Source of the DNA: an uncultured bacterium | GTDB taxonomy: Bacteria > Electryoneota > Electryoneia > Electryoneales > Electryoneaceae | NCBI GenBank assembly: GCA_964552465.1 | Contig: CAZKGR010000019.1 | Span: 1,619 to 65,618, forward strand | Direction: 5' to 3' | Length of the DNA: 64,000 nucleotides | Part shown: one piece after another, positions 40,090 to 50,115 of the stretch | Layout: each line of letters opens with the position of its first letter | Numbering within the stretch: the first letter of the stretch is position 1 | Notes under the pieces: generated by a model | Seen by the model: only the letters and a program-made list of their open reading frames with translations | Databases searched by the model: none | What the model was told of the DNA's origin: nothing | Made by a program: the position numbers and the translations under genes

Positions 40090-40120
40090 GGGGACACTTA
40101 CAGAAGTAAGTGTCCCCGGT
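40090..40120 (+). terminator. Probable terminator hairpin
   Basis: ggggacacttac-AGAA-gtaagtgtcccc. The U-tract is weak (GGTCTTATCC). Confidence 0.45.
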
Positions 40121-40151
40121 CTTATCCTAATCATATTTCGCACCTGAAGCG

Positions 40152-40446
40152 CTACCCACCCTCACGACTGGCTACGCGACCGAAATACAACTGCGCGAGC
40201 TTGTGCGTTTCCTCGTCAACCTCATGATGATGTTTATCGAGAAATGCCGTCAGCTCTTCTTCGCCAATGGCGATGTCTTTGTCCTCAAGGACCATTTCCA
40301 GCAAGGTCAAACGTCTGAGGAAAACTTCGGTGGCTGCGGCCAATGGCTCTAAACGACCCGTACTGAACAGTTGATTCAGTACCCTGAAGGCCCGGCTCTG
40401 ACCGTAAGCGTTCTCGCCAACCAAATCAGACAAGGGATCGTGCATT
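40152..40446 (-). CDS. Hypothetical protein, translationally coupled to the DUF59 gene
   Basis: The start ATG overlaps the upstream TAA (TAATG). No recognised motif. I trimmed the start from the 40499 ORF. Confidence 0.45.
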
Positions 40447-40753
40447 ATCCAATCCCCAGAGCGTCTTTGGCGAAGTCGCTCATCATGTTCATGTTCCACG
40501 GGGGTTCAAAGGTGACTTCGACCAGCACGTCTTTCACACCTTCAACGCCAAGCACAGTTTGTTCAACATCTTTGGCGATCGACTGGCCCATTGGGCAGCC
40601 CATCGAGGTCAGAGTCATGATGACATGAGCTTCGTTCTTTTCGTCAATCTTAACGTCGTAAATCAGCCCGAGATCAACGATGTTCAGATTAAGTTCAGGG
40701 TCTATGACGGCTGTCAGCGCGTCGTAAATCGTTTCTGATGAGGGGGTTGCCAT
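40445..40753 (-). CDS. DUF59/MIP18-family Fe-S cluster assembly protein (SufT/PaaD-like)
   Basis: IYDALTAVIDPELNLNIVDLGLIY...TLTSMGCPMGQSI is the DUF59 signature. Confidence 0.8.
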   Translation of the reverse strand: MATPSSETIYDALTAVIDPELNLNIVDLGLIYDVKIDEKNEAHVIMTLTSMGCPMGQSIAKDVEQTVLGVEGVKDVLVEVTFEPPWNMNMMSDFAKDALGIG

Positions 40754-40761
40754 GAATTACC

Positions 40762-41829
40762 TCAATGCATCACAGGTTCGTTAACACTTGTCCACACAGA
40801 TTCGGCGAGTTTACGGAACACATCGCCGACAGGATTGTCTTGAGCAGCGGCCGGTTTGCCGGCATCAGATCCTTCACGGATCTCAGGTTGCAACGGGATT
40901 TCACCAAGGAATGGTACCCGTTGACGCAGGGCTTCCCGTCTCGCACCTCCGCTGGAAAATATATCGTAGCGCTTCCCGGTATCCGGCGCAAGGAAATAAC
41001 TCATATTTTCGATAAGACCCAACACCGGTACTCCAACTTTCTGGAACATGCCGATCCCCTTGCGGGCATCAATCAACGCCAATTCCTGCGGTGTGGTTAC
41101 CATGACCGCGCCGGTCAACTTCACTTTCTGGGAAACGGTTAGCTGAATGTCGCCGGTTCCCGGAGGCATGTCGAGAATCAGCACATCCAACTCGCCCCAG
41201 GTAACATCACGCAACAACTGCTCCACAGCGCTGGAAACCATCGGTCCACGCCAGACGAGCGGAGTATCGCTGTCCACCAGAACGCCCATGGTCATTGCTT
41301 TAACGCCGTACGCTTCCATCGGCTTCAGCTTGTTCTCACCCTGAGCGGGTTCAGGATCACTGTCGAGGCCGAGCAACATCTGGATTGATGGGCCGTAAAT
41401 ATCGGCGTCCATCAAACCAACATTCAGCCCGAGCTTCGCGAGCCCAATGGCGAGATTGGCTGCGACGGTAGATTTACCCACCCCACCCTTTCCTGAAGCT
41501 ACGGCGATGACATGCTTCACTGAGGGAAGCAGGTCGGGCGCGTCGCTGGTTTCACCTTGAGCGGTGTTCGCCTGAGGATTATGCTGACTGACTTGAATGT
41601 CTACATTCTCAACACCAGCCGCACTCAGGGTTTTGCCAACCTGTTCAGCGACCGCCTGGCTGATGGTTTCGTCGGACGTTGAAAACTCGAGGGATATAGT
41701 TACCTGCGGGCCTTCAGCTTCAATGCCCCGGACAATCCCGAAGCGGACAATATCCCGAGTGTAGCCGGGATATGGAATCTGCTTGAGCAGATCTTCAATC
41801 TCTTTAGCGTTCAGTTGCTTGTTTGGCAT
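40762..41829 (-). CDS. apbC: Fe-S cluster carrier ATPase ApbC/Mrp (NBP35 family) with N-terminal DUF59 domain
   Basis: Walker A/Mrp signature VIAVASGKGGVGKSTVAANLA. Conserved CxxC region absent or replaced. The ORF track started at a GTG (41838). The ATG at 41829 is 3 codons in. Confidence 0.85.
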   Translation of the reverse strand: MPNKQLNAKEIEDLLKQIPYPGYTRDIVRFGIVRGIEAEGPQVTISLEFSTSDETISQAVAEQVGKTLSAAGVENVDIQVSQHNPQANTAQGETSDAPDLLPSVKHVIAVASGKGGVGKSTVAANLAIGLAKLGLNVGLMDADIYGPSIQMLLGLDSDPEPAQGENKLKPMEAYGVKAMTMGVLVDSDTPLVWRGPMVSSAVEQLLRDVTWGELDVLILDMPPGTGDIQLTVSQKVKLTGAVMVTTPQELALIDARKGIGMFQKVGVPVLGLIENMSYFLAPDTGKRYDIFSSGGARREALRQRVPFLGEIPLQPEIREGSDAGKPAAAQDNPVGDVFRKLAESVWTSVNEPVMH

Positions 41830-42310
41830 GTGTCTCACGTGAAAATTGAATTCTGACGGACTTTATCTTCTTTAACGAACGTGCCTCTTTTCAGAACGGG
41901 CAAGGTAAGCTCGGATGGTCAGAGTTGAAACCCGTCGCTCCTGAAATCAATGCTTGATGCGTACGGAAAAACAGCAGTTGACCCATCTTGAACCCGTATA
42001 TTTATCTGTCATCCACGACTCGCATGGCATGATGTTTGTACCCATCTGCAGCAGCCATGATGATGTGAAACGAAATGCTGAAAAGAGTCAATTCCCCAGA
42101 CTCCGACCAAACTTTCGTTCGCTCGTCTTTCAAGGTTTGAACCTGAGGAAGCGCTGGGACGTTCCCTGCGCGTGCTCCATGGCAACCAAATCGACTATGA
42201 CGTATTTAAACAGCGTGGTTATCGTATAATAACTGTGGAGACTTCTCTACTCTGACGCATAACTATCGTAAGGCTGGAAGAAATCCGCACACACCTGACA
42301 CAGGTATTTA

Positions 42311-42769
42311 ATGAACGCCATTAAGCAAGAACGTTTCGATTTCACACTCGCGATACTACTGACAACACTCGTTGTTGTCAGCGCGATCATGGTCACCAAA
42401 GTCATGTTCGCACCGAGTGACCGTGACGCCGTCATCGCCGCCTTGAGTGAAACCGGCGAAGAAATTCTTGCAGCAGCCAAAACGTATCCCGACCGGGCAC
42501 ACCTCTTCAATTCTCCATCTCAGAATGATTCGGCGACCATCACGCAGACATCCGAGGGATCATCTCCTGAATCCGGTCCGTTCACAGGCCTGCGTTTTGA
42601 TCGCATCGGATATTTTGATCGGTTGAGTCCTGATGCCCGTACCTACCACACTGAAACGGGTCGGTTTTCTCTGCAAGTTTCGCCTGACGGACAATCCTTC
42701 ACACTGACCGCCTATGGTCCGGAAGAAGTATCGATCCAGTGGCACGGGCGGGTGGAAGAAATAGAATAG
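42311..42769 (+). CDS. Hypothetical membrane-anchored protein
   Basis: Single N-terminal TM segment then a soluble domain. No motif. Confidence 0.45.
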   Translation: MNAIKQERFDFTLAILLTTLVVVSAIMVTKVMFAPSDRDAVIAALSETGEEILAAAKTYPDRAHLFNSPSQNDSATITQTSEGSSPESGPFTGLRFDRIGYFDRLSPDARTYHTETGRFSLQVSPDGQSFTLTAYGPEEVSIQWHGRVEEIE

Positions 42770-42827
42770 CTAGATTACTGTTTATAGGTTTTATCTTGGG
42801 ATATCCTTCGAACCGAAGGGGCAACAC

Positions 42828-43718
42828 ATGTGCCGTGCACTCCTTGTAGCAACTCTCCCCTTATTGTTGATTGTTTTGTCATGCAGCGAAACTCACGAAA
42901 CCGTATCCAAAGACATCGCCAACCCTGATTATTACCTGCCGCAGAGCAAAACATCCGATCCTGGTGAATTCGCCCGGCTGTACGAGGATCTGCCTCAAGA
43001 CAACGACTCGCTGGTTGATCTGATCAAGAGCCAGTTGATTCACCCTCTCGAAGTTGGCCGATATGGGGATGCCATCCCTGAAGAACGAAGCTACGAAGAT
43101 ACCCTGTATACTTCCGCCGAGCAGATGCTGAATGGCCTGGTCGGGTACGATTCCTTGGGCTTAACCTTTTCCAGAGAACTCAGAAACCGGCTGGTTGTGG
43201 CTTGTTTTCATCACAGCCTGCTCTTCGCTTCAATCGTTCGTGAGCGAGGGACTCCGGTGAGGATGCGCTTCGGATTCGCTCCGTACATCGGCGAAATGGT
43301 GGGTATGGATGTCAATATATCGCATGTGGTTTGCGAGGTCTGGAACGATGACGAATCGCGCTGGATGTATATCGATCCTGATCGCAACATGGTCGACTTT
43401 GACAGCGCAGATTTTCTTACAGGAGCGGAAGCGTGGCAGATGATGCGAGATGGCAGCCTTGACATGAATAAAACCCGTTCCGCATTCTACAATGCTGAAC
43501 GGGCGGTTCTCGACATGTTGCGCCTGGATCTGCACTACGCTCTGCGTAGCGAAATCATGTACTGGTCTGAAGACGGTCCACCAGATGTTCCAGAGTTCAC
43601 CGATCTCACGGACGCAGATCTTCAGATCCTTGATCATATCGCCCAGCTGATGAAACACGCGGGCGGGCATGTCGATGAACTCGAGATCTTGAGAAGGGAC
43701 GTAGAATTCTTGAAATAG
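42828..43718 (+). CDS. Transglutaminase-like cysteine-protease-fold lipoprotein
   Basis: Lipobox LIVLSC|SE. The Cys-His-Asp triad lies in conserved contexts (VVACFHHSLLFASIVRERGTPVRMRFGF ... NISHVVCEVW ... RWMYIDPD), as in transglutaminase-core proteins. Confidence 0.65.
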   Translation: MCRALLVATLPLLLIVLSCSETHETVSKDIANPDYYLPQSKTSDPGEFARLYEDLPQDNDSLVDLIKSQLIHPLEVGRYGDAIPEERSYEDTLYTSAEQMLNGLVGYDSLGLTFSRELRNRLVVACFHHSLLFASIVRERGTPVRMRFGFAPYIGEMVGMDVNISHVVCEVWNDDESRWMYIDPDRNMVDFDSADFLTGAEAWQMMRDGSLDMNKTRSAFYNAERAVLDMLRLDLHYALRSEIMYWSEDGPPDVPEFTDLTDADLQILDHIAQLMKHAGGHVDELEILRRDVEFLK

Positions 43719-43859
43719 GCATTGTAAGCGTCAGACGGTACTACCAACGACTCATCCTTCCGAGCCCAATTCCCTCATCTCTGGACGAAGACAAAATCCC
43801 GTTGTACTTTGCGCGGCACGACTATCCCACGAACTGTGATTACAACTCTAGAGGAACTC

Positions 43860-45545
43860 ATGGCCAAGGTTGTCGAGTGCGTGCCAAACATCTCTGAAGG
43901 CCGCGATAAAAACATAATTGACGCGTGCGCGAATGCCGCCGCCGCGGTGGACGGCTGCACCCTGCTCGACGTCGATCCGGGCGCGGACACCAACCGCACC
44001 GTGATCACGCTCGCCGGTGAGCCGGAAGCCGTACTTGAAGGCGCGTTCCAGCTGATCGCGATGAGCCACAAGCTGATTGATATGAGCAAGCAGACCGGCG
44101 CCCACCCACGTGCGGGCGCGACCGATGTCTGCCCGTTTGTCCCTGTGTCTAACATGACGATGGACGAGTGCGTTGAACTCGCCAAGCGTTTGGGAAAACG
44201 TGTCGGTAACGAGCTCGATGTCCCCGTTTACCTGTACGAGTTCGCGGCCTCAAAACCCGAGTGGGCGAACCTCGCCGTTGTTCGGAAGGGCGAGTACGAA
44301 GCCTTGCCGCGCAAGATGTCCGACCCAGAGTGGAAGCCGGATTTCGGTCCGCATGAGTTCCGTCCGAAGTTCGGCGCGATGCACATCTCGGCCCGCAAGT
44401 TCCTGATCGCGTACAACATCAACCTGAACTCGACCTTCGCCCGCTTGGCGAAAGACATTGCGCTCAAGATTCGTGAACAAGGTGCGCTGTTGCGTGACGA
44501 AAAGCGTCAGATTGTTCGCAACGAAAAGGGTAAAGGCAAGAAGGTGCCTGGCCTGTTCAAAGCGTGCAAGGCGGCTGGCTGGTATCTCGCCGATTACCAC
44601 GTCGCCCAGGTGACGATGAACCTCACCGATCCGGATGTAACGCTCGCCCACCACGTATTCGAGAAAGTTCGTGAGCTGGCGCAGGATCAGGGAACGCGGG
44701 TCACCGGTTCGGAAATCGTCGGCCTGGTCCCGTTGGAAGCGATGCTCGAAGCCGGACGTTACTACCTGAAGAAGCAGAAGCGCTCGGTCGCGTTGCATGA
44801 ACGGGAAATCGTCCAAATAGCAATACAGTCCATGGGACTCAACGAGATTTCAGAGTTCGACATGGACAAGAAGATCGTCGAATACGCGATCCGGGAAGGT
44901 GACGGCGGCGAGCTGGCGAACATGACCCTGGTCGAGTTCAACGATGAACTGGCATCCGAATCCCCCGCCCCGGGCGGCGGTTCGGTGGCGGCGCTGGTTG
45001 GTTCGCTGGGCGCTTCGTTGGCCGCGATGGTCGGCAACCTGACGCATGGCAAGTTTGAATACGAAGAAGCATGGGACGAAGTCGAAGCTGCCGGTGTGAC
45101 CGGGCAGGCGTTGAAGGCAAACCTGTTGCACGCGATTGATGCTGACACGGACGCGTTCAACGCCGTCATGGCTGCCAATCGCCTGCCGGACAAGACCGAT
45201 GAGCAGGCCGCAGCCAAGGCGAAAGCCGTTGATGACGCGAACAAGACCGCAACCCTGATCCCGTTCAGCGTGTGCGAAGATTCGTTGGCGACATTCGACC
45301 TGATCGATGTAGTCGCCGCAAAGGGTAATCCGAACAGTGTCAGCGACGCCGGTGTAGCCGCGTTCTGCGCGCATACGGCCGTGCATGGTGCGGCGCTGAA
45401 TGTCCGCATCAATTTGCCGGGCATCGAGGACAGTGCATGGGCGGACGAGAAACGCGCTCAAGTCAAGGCGATAACAGACGAAGCCGACAAACGATTGCAG
45501 CAGGTTCGTGACCAGGTTGACAAGGTGCTCGCGTCACAGCAGTAG
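43860..45545 (+). CDS. Bifunctional glutamate formiminotransferase / formimidoyltetrahydrofolate cyclodeaminase (FTCD-like)
   Basis: N-terminus MAKVVECVPNISEGRD...CPFVP (formiminotransferase). C-terminal about 200-aa Ala-rich helical cyclodeaminase domain. I trimmed the start to the ATG at 43860 with an AGAGGAA SD. Confidence 0.8.
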   Translation: MAKVVECVPNISEGRDKNIIDACANAAAAVDGCTLLDVDPGADTNRTVITLAGEPEAVLEGAFQLIAMSHKLIDMSKQTGAHPRAGATDVCPFVPVSNMTMDECVELAKRLGKRVGNELDVPVYLYEFAASKPEWANLAVVRKGEYEALPRKMSDPEWKPDFGPHEFRPKFGAMHISARKFLIAYNINLNSTFARLAKDIALKIREQGALLRDEKRQIVRNEKGKGKKVPGLFKACKAAGWYLADYHVAQVTMNLTDPDVTLAHHVFEKVRELAQDQGTRVTGSEIVGLVPLEAMLEAGRYYLKKQKRSVALHEREIVQIAIQSMGLNEISEFDMDKKIVEYAIREGDGGELANMTLVEFNDELASESPAPGGGSVAALVGSLGASLAAMVGNLTHGKFEYEEAWDEVEAAGVTGQALKANLLHAIDADTDAFNAVMAANRLPDKTDEQAAAKAKAVDDANKTATLIPFSVCEDSLATFDLIDVVAAKGNPNSVSDAGVAAFCAHTAVHGAALNVRINLPGIEDSAWADEKRAQVKAITDEADKRLQQVRDQVDKVLASQQ

Positions 45546-45576
45546 GAATGTGCAGTTTATTGATTGTTGAGATAAT

Positions 45577-45606
45577 GCCGCGCTGTTACTGCGCGGCTTT
45601 TTCTTT
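45577..45606 (+). terminator. Rho-independent terminator
   Basis: gccgcgctgttactgcgcggc followed by TTTTTCTTT. Confidence 0.7.
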
Positions 45607-45807
45607 ACAGCTCGGATTTTGGATCATGAACCGCGGGTACTTAAGGCCGTTGTAGACGCAAGGAGAGCGGAGAGTCAAGCGAGCGAAAAATGAGAGACAA
45701 ACTCCTGAAAAGCTTGTAAACAGACACTTACGGGTAGTAGTATTATTTCCGACAGCCACTGGTGTAGAAGGCCAGGGCACCTAGCTCTACGGGAAGTGAA
45801 TAGAATC

Positions 45808-46014
45808 ATGCCGCAAGGTACCGTGAAGTGGTTCAATGAAGCCAAGGGATTTGGTTTCATTGAGATGGAAGATGGCCAGGATGTGTTCGTTCACTTCAGT
45901 GCCATTGAAGGCTCCGGTTTCAAAACCCTCAAAGAGGGCGAACCGGTAGAATTCGAACTGCAGCAAGGACAAAAGGGCCCGGCCGCAGGTAACGTGAGGC
46001 GGCTGAGCGACTAA
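45808..46014 (+). CDS. csp: Cold-shock protein (CspA family), copy 1
   Basis: [18 protein letters not shown]...VFVHFSAI carries RNP1/RNP2 motifs. Confidence 0.9.
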   Translation: MPQGTVKWFNEAKGFGFIEMEDGQDVFVHFSAIEGSGFKTLKEGEPVEFELQQGQKGPAAGNVRRLSD

Positions 46015-46037
46015 TCACATATCGCTTTTCCGGCTTA

Positions 46038-46069
46038 GGGGTTGACCGGTCAGGTCAGCCTCTTTTTGT
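46038..46069 (+). terminator. Probable terminator after csp copy 1
   Basis: gggttgacc-ggtcag-gtcagcctc imperfect hairpin plus TTTTTG. Confidence 0.4.
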
Positions 46070-46280
46070 TGGATAACGGTGTTAAGGCTTACCCGTTGAT
46101 CAATCTAATTCCTAGTTATAAATGATAATTAGGTAGGTGTGCTGCGGGATAGCGGGCCGGTCGAGAGCCAAAAGGGATATATATTTGGAAATTCCGTCTA
46201 ATTGGTCGTACTATTACGACTGATAGCCTCGGCTAGTCTGTCGGGGCGCTTTTTTCGTTTTACAGGAAGTGAAAAGAATC

Positions 46281-46487
46281 ATGCAGCAAGGTAAAGTGAA
46301 GTGGTTTAATGAAGCCAAGGGATTTGGTTTCATCGAGATGGAAGATGGCCAGGATGTGTTTGTGCATTTCAGCGCCATTGAAGGCAACGGCTTCAAGACT
46401 CTGAAAGAGGATGAGCCAGTTGAGTTCGAACTGCAGCAAGGACAAAAGGGCCCGGCCGCAGGTAACGTGAGGCGGCTGAGCGAGTAG
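46281..46487 (+). CDS. csp: Cold-shock protein (CspA family), copy 2 (tandem duplicate)
   Basis: [41 protein letters not shown]. About 90% nucleotide identity to copy 1, extending into the 5' leader. Confidence 0.9.
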   Translation: MQQGKVKWFNEAKGFGFIEMEDGQDVFVHFSAIEGNGFKTLKEDEPVEFELQQGQKGPAAGNVRRLSE

Positions 46488-46507
46488 TTATAGAGCGCTT
46501 TTCCGTG

Positions 46508-46547
46508 AAGAGGCTGTTCCGTAAGGAACAGCCTCTTTTGGTTTATG
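46508..46547 (+). terminator. Rho-independent terminator
   Basis: aagaggctgttcc-GTAA-ggaacagcctctt followed by TTGGTTT. Confidence 0.7.
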
Positions 46548-46592
46548 ATCATCTATCACAAGTATAACTGAATGATTCCCCATTGATCCCGG

Positions 46593-47993
46593 CTACAGAT
46601 GGGAACGATTCATGAGGATCGTATCATAGTCTACGGCTCCACCAATGGGATGAAACTCGCCGTGTGATATTTCTTCCTCATATCTTAATGCAAGATTCCC
46701 GCGAGCGATCTGATCTAACGCGCTAAGTGCGCGATCCACATCCTCTTCGCTGGTGTACAATCCGAATGACGCGCGCACAGCACCTGGAATGAGCGATTTG
46801 CTGCCATTACGGACACGTTCCGAGAACGCTCGAGCTTCAGCTTCGCCGACCTCCATCATCGAGAGCACAAATGGGTGAGCGCAGAAGCAGCCGTTACGCA
46901 CACCGATTCCATGCTCGTACGCTAGCGCCGCCGCAACCAGCGCATGCGGAATGTCGCCGAGGTTGAACGCGATTACGCCCAGCCGACGTTCGAGCTGGTC
47001 CGAGCCGAGACCGTACAGTTTCGCGTCATCGATCTGAAGCAGACCGTCAACAAAGCGCTTGCTCAGGCGCCGTTCAGCCTCTTCCAGAACATCCCAACCG
47101 ATCTCCTGCAGCTCACGCATCGCCGCTGCCATTGAAACCATGCCGACGACATTCGGGCTGCCAGCTTCGTCCCGATCCGGCGGATCAGCCCAGAAAACGG
47201 CGTCCGGCTCAACAGCTTTGACTGCCCCGCCGCCGCGCACGGATGGTTCAGTATTCGCGAAGAATTCATGTGACCCAATCAACGCACCGCCACCCATCGG
47301 CGCGTACATCTTGTGTGCGCTGAGCATCAGGAAATCAATCCGATCATCCTCGCCAGATCCCGCCATACGGATCGGGAGGTGTGGGGCCAGCTGGGCAGCA
47401 TCGATCGCGATGGGGATACCGTACTTGTGCGCGACACGCGCGAGTTCGTGAATTGGCTGCACAGTGCCAGTAACATTTGACGCCCCGGTCACACTGACCA
47501 GGCGAGCGCGCCCGGCCTCCTTGTCTAACGTGCGATCAAGATCGTCCGGATCGATCTCGCCCGCCGAGCTGACCGGAACGCGCGCAACCTGGCCACGGTT
47601 TCGCCACGGCAGGTCGTTGGCGTGATGCTCGGCGTGGCTGATGACCACGCTCTTGTCGTTATCAAACGGGAATTTCGCCGCGAGACGATTAATCGCATCA
47701 GTGGTGTTGTGGGTCAGTACGACGCAATGATAGTCAGAATCCGCGCCAACAAATTGCATCGTTTGCTTGCGGGCGAGTTCATACCAAGCGGACGCGAGCT
47801 GACTCTTGTATCCAGCGCCGCGGTGGATGCTGGCGTACCAGTCGAGCATGTGGTTGGTTTCTTCGCGAGCGGAAACCAGCGCAGGCGTGGACGCGGCGTT
47901 ATCCAGGTTAAGATAAGGGACATGTGATCCATCGTGAATCGGGGTCAGTGTGTCTGCCCCGACTATCCGTTTCCGCAGTTCCGCTGTTGTCAT
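46593..47993 (-). CDS. Class V PLP-dependent aminotransferase / cysteine desulfurase-like enzyme
   Basis: PLP-lysine motif LMLSAHKMYAPMGGGALIG. N-terminal NLDNAASTP. I trimmed the start to the ATG at 47993. Confidence 0.8.
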   Translation of the reverse strand: MTTAELRKRIVGADTLTPIHDGSHVPYLNLDNAASTPALVSAREETNHMLDWYASIHRGAGYKSQLASAWYELARKQTMQFVGADSDYHCVVLTHNTTDAINRLAAKFPFDNDKSVVISHAEHHANDLPWRNRGQVARVPVSSAGEIDPDDLDRTLDKEAGRARLVSVTGASNVTGTVQPIHELARVAHKYGIPIAIDAAQLAPHLPIRMAGSGEDDRIDFLMLSAHKMYAPMGGGALIGSHEFFANTEPSVRGGGAVKAVEPDAVFWADPPDRDEAGSPNVVGMVSMAAAMRELQEIGWDVLEEAERRLSKRFVDGLLQIDDAKLYGLGSDQLERRLGVIAFNLGDIPHALVAAALAYEHGIGVRNGCFCAHPFVLSMMEVGEAEARAFSERVRNGSKSLIPGAVRASFGLYTSEEDVDRALSALDQIARGNLALRYEEEISHGEFHPIGGAVDYDTILMNRSHL

Positions 47994-48213
47994 CAAAACT
48001 CCGCAAGGTGCTGGATAGAAAATTTGAAGAATACGTATGAGATGTGCAGACGGTAAGATCGACGCACATAGCTTGGGATGGTGGAGCCATGAGCCGTGCA
48101 GAGTCAAGAGGGACGAGGTTGATAGCAGAAAAACAGGAGGTAATATCGATCAAAGGGACACATTCAGGAGAATGTATCCCCGGTGTATTTGAAAATCTGA
48201 GGGGATGATCCCA

Positions 48214-48600
48214 TTATCCCGGTATTATCGTGTTGGGAGAATCGAGGTTTACCGTCAGACGCTCAGCCCGTTCGACCACACCGGCGTGCGGGACGACCGG
48301 GAATCTATTGGCGACGCCGAGCTGATGGAAACGCATCTGCACAAACCACGGCACTTCTGCGAGAATCAAATCGCCGCCCTGCTCATGTAACAAACGTTGG
48401 ACGCTGAGCAGTGTGGCAAACAGAGTGTAGTGCAGGAATTTCATGTCGCCGAGGGTAAGCACAATACGTTTCGCCCCTTGACCAATCAATTCTTCCAGCA
48501 CTTGTTCCAGCCCGCCACCGAGGTCCATATCGAGAGCTTTGCCGCCGTGCACAAATGCCGTGCGACCATGAATTCGCCGTGCGTAACTGAGAAACGTCAT
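48214..48600 (-). CDS. STAS-domain protein (anti-sigma-factor antagonist, SpoIIAA-like)
   Basis: KRIVLTLGDMKFLHYTLFATLLSVQRLLHEQGGDLILAEVPWFVQ resembles the STAS core. The start was chosen at MTFLSYARR. Confidence 0.6.
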   Translation of the reverse strand: MTFLSYARRIHGRTAFVHGGKALDMDLGGGLEQVLEELIGQGAKRIVLTLGDMKFLHYTLFATLLSVQRLLHEQGGDLILAEVPWFVQMRFHQLGVANRFPVVPHAGVVERAERLTVNLDSPNTIIPG

Positions 48601-48927
48601 TAAATCTCCAAGGTTGTTTCTCAGTTTACAAGGCAAGCTGTATGCCGAAGCGCATCTTGTTAATAATCATATATTTACAAAACCACGTAATCTGACAGTG
48701 GGAACAAGTTTATCTGCGCGGGCGGTGAATCTTGCCGCAACAAATTTTCTGATCGGCAGAAATTCAATGTTTTCAAGCAAAACAATCCCGGTAAACCGTT
48801 AATGGTCCACACTGCTTTTTGTACCAATTGTTGATTGATTGCAGGTGCTCAAACGGAACTGGAACAGACATTAAAAGGACGCACAGAGGCTTGAACACTC
48901 ATATCTTTTGTTAACAGAGAAGCAGGT

Positions 48928-49944
48928 TTGCATAACCAATTCGAGTATCGATCACTTACCAATGTTTACGCCATGAGAGAGTCTTTTGAAACCTTGTCTG
49001 CGCCAGTCAGCGATTTCAGGCTGAGCAACTGGTTGGCAACAACAGAATCGAGTGATTACCAGGAAGCATTGGCTCCGTGGGGAGTGGACGTTGCAGCCTT
49101 GCGAATTGCCCGGTTGCTGGGTGGAGCGCAAGGCGAAGTCGGAGTCATGGAAAAGGACGGCGAACTTGAAGCGATTCTGCGCACTCAAAATCTTGATTGG
49201 GATGAAGCCGTTCTCGGCATGCCCGTAATTCGTGTCGGAGGTATGGCCGGTGGCGACATTGAAGAACGTCGACAACTGTTGAGCCGGGTGGTGGTGACCT
49301 TACGTCCGGGACGAGGATTGCTGACCGCACGTGTCCGTGGTGACGACTATACATCCATGCATGCGCTTGAAGGAGCGGGGTTCCGAGTCGCGGACAGTAT
49401 GAACATCTTCCTCAAAGATCTGAACAAAAGAGATTCGTCGTCCGACATCATCGAGCCGAGCGTTGGCGAGATCGTTGAGTACGATCGTGATGATGAACGA
49501 ACACGTGCCGAGCTTGCACGTCTCGGCGCCGAATCTTTCAGGCATAGCCGAATTTACAATGATCCGCGCATGCCGCGTGAACGAGCTGATTACTTCTATA
49601 AGGCGCTGACAGAACGCTTCCTTGACGATCAGGGTTCTACTGTTTTTGTGGCGAAAGTTGATGATAAACCCGTTGGCTTTGTCATCGGAAAGGAAGACGA
49701 AGGCTTGAGTGAGGCGGGAGGGCTGCAGCTTGGTTATCTGTGGCTGATTACCGTAGATGAACAATACTCAGGCCATAGTCTGGGTGTTGCGCTATACCAG
49801 GCGTTTGAACACAAGATGCGAGATCGAGTGCGCCTGCTTGAGGTCGGCACGCAAACTCATAACTATTCAGCTCTGAACATTTACACTCGGGCTGGTCTCA
49901 AGCTGGTATCGTCAATTGTAACGTTCCACGCTTGGATCGAGTAA
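48928..49944 (+). CDS. Tandem-GNAT N-acetyltransferase (WecD/TDP-fucosamine acetyltransferase-like architecture)
   Basis: Two GNAT-like halves; the second carries VGFVIG...HSLGVALYQAFEHKMRD...LNIYTRAGLK. It lies immediately upstream of a DegT sugar aminotransferase. No ortholog was established. Confidence 0.55.
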   Translation: MHNQFEYRSLTNVYAMRESFETLSAPVSDFRLSNWLATTESSDYQEALAPWGVDVAALRIARLLGGAQGEVGVMEKDGELEAILRTQNLDWDEAVLGMPVIRVGGMAGGDIEERRQLLSRVVVTLRPGRGLLTARVRGDDYTSMHALEGAGFRVADSMNIFLKDLNKRDSSSDIIEPSVGEIVEYDRDDERTRAELARLGAESFRHSRIYNDPRMPRERADYFYKALTERFLDDQGSTVFVAKVDDKPVGFVIGKEDEGLSEAGGLQLGYLWLITVDEQYSGHSLGVALYQAFEHKMRDRVRLLEVGTQTHNYSALNIYTRAGLKLVSSIVTFHAWIE

Positions 49945-50115
49945 CGAACAAAGATCAACGAAACAAATCGGACACGGATGTCCGAATATTGATCTTGAGC
50001 TTTGTCGTAGATAGGCTACACCACAATTTGTAGCACCAGGTAATGACCAAGGCTCATAGATGAACTCAGACAATGACCACAGTTTGCAAACAAATTCCTC
50101 CCGTTATTGTGATCG

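Noticed and set aside
44250-45461. Several 188-220-aa minus-strand ORFs inside the formiminotransferase-cyclodeaminase gene
   Set aside because: Antisense shadows of a motif-supported gene. Their products are low-complexity Ala/Ser/Arg-rich.
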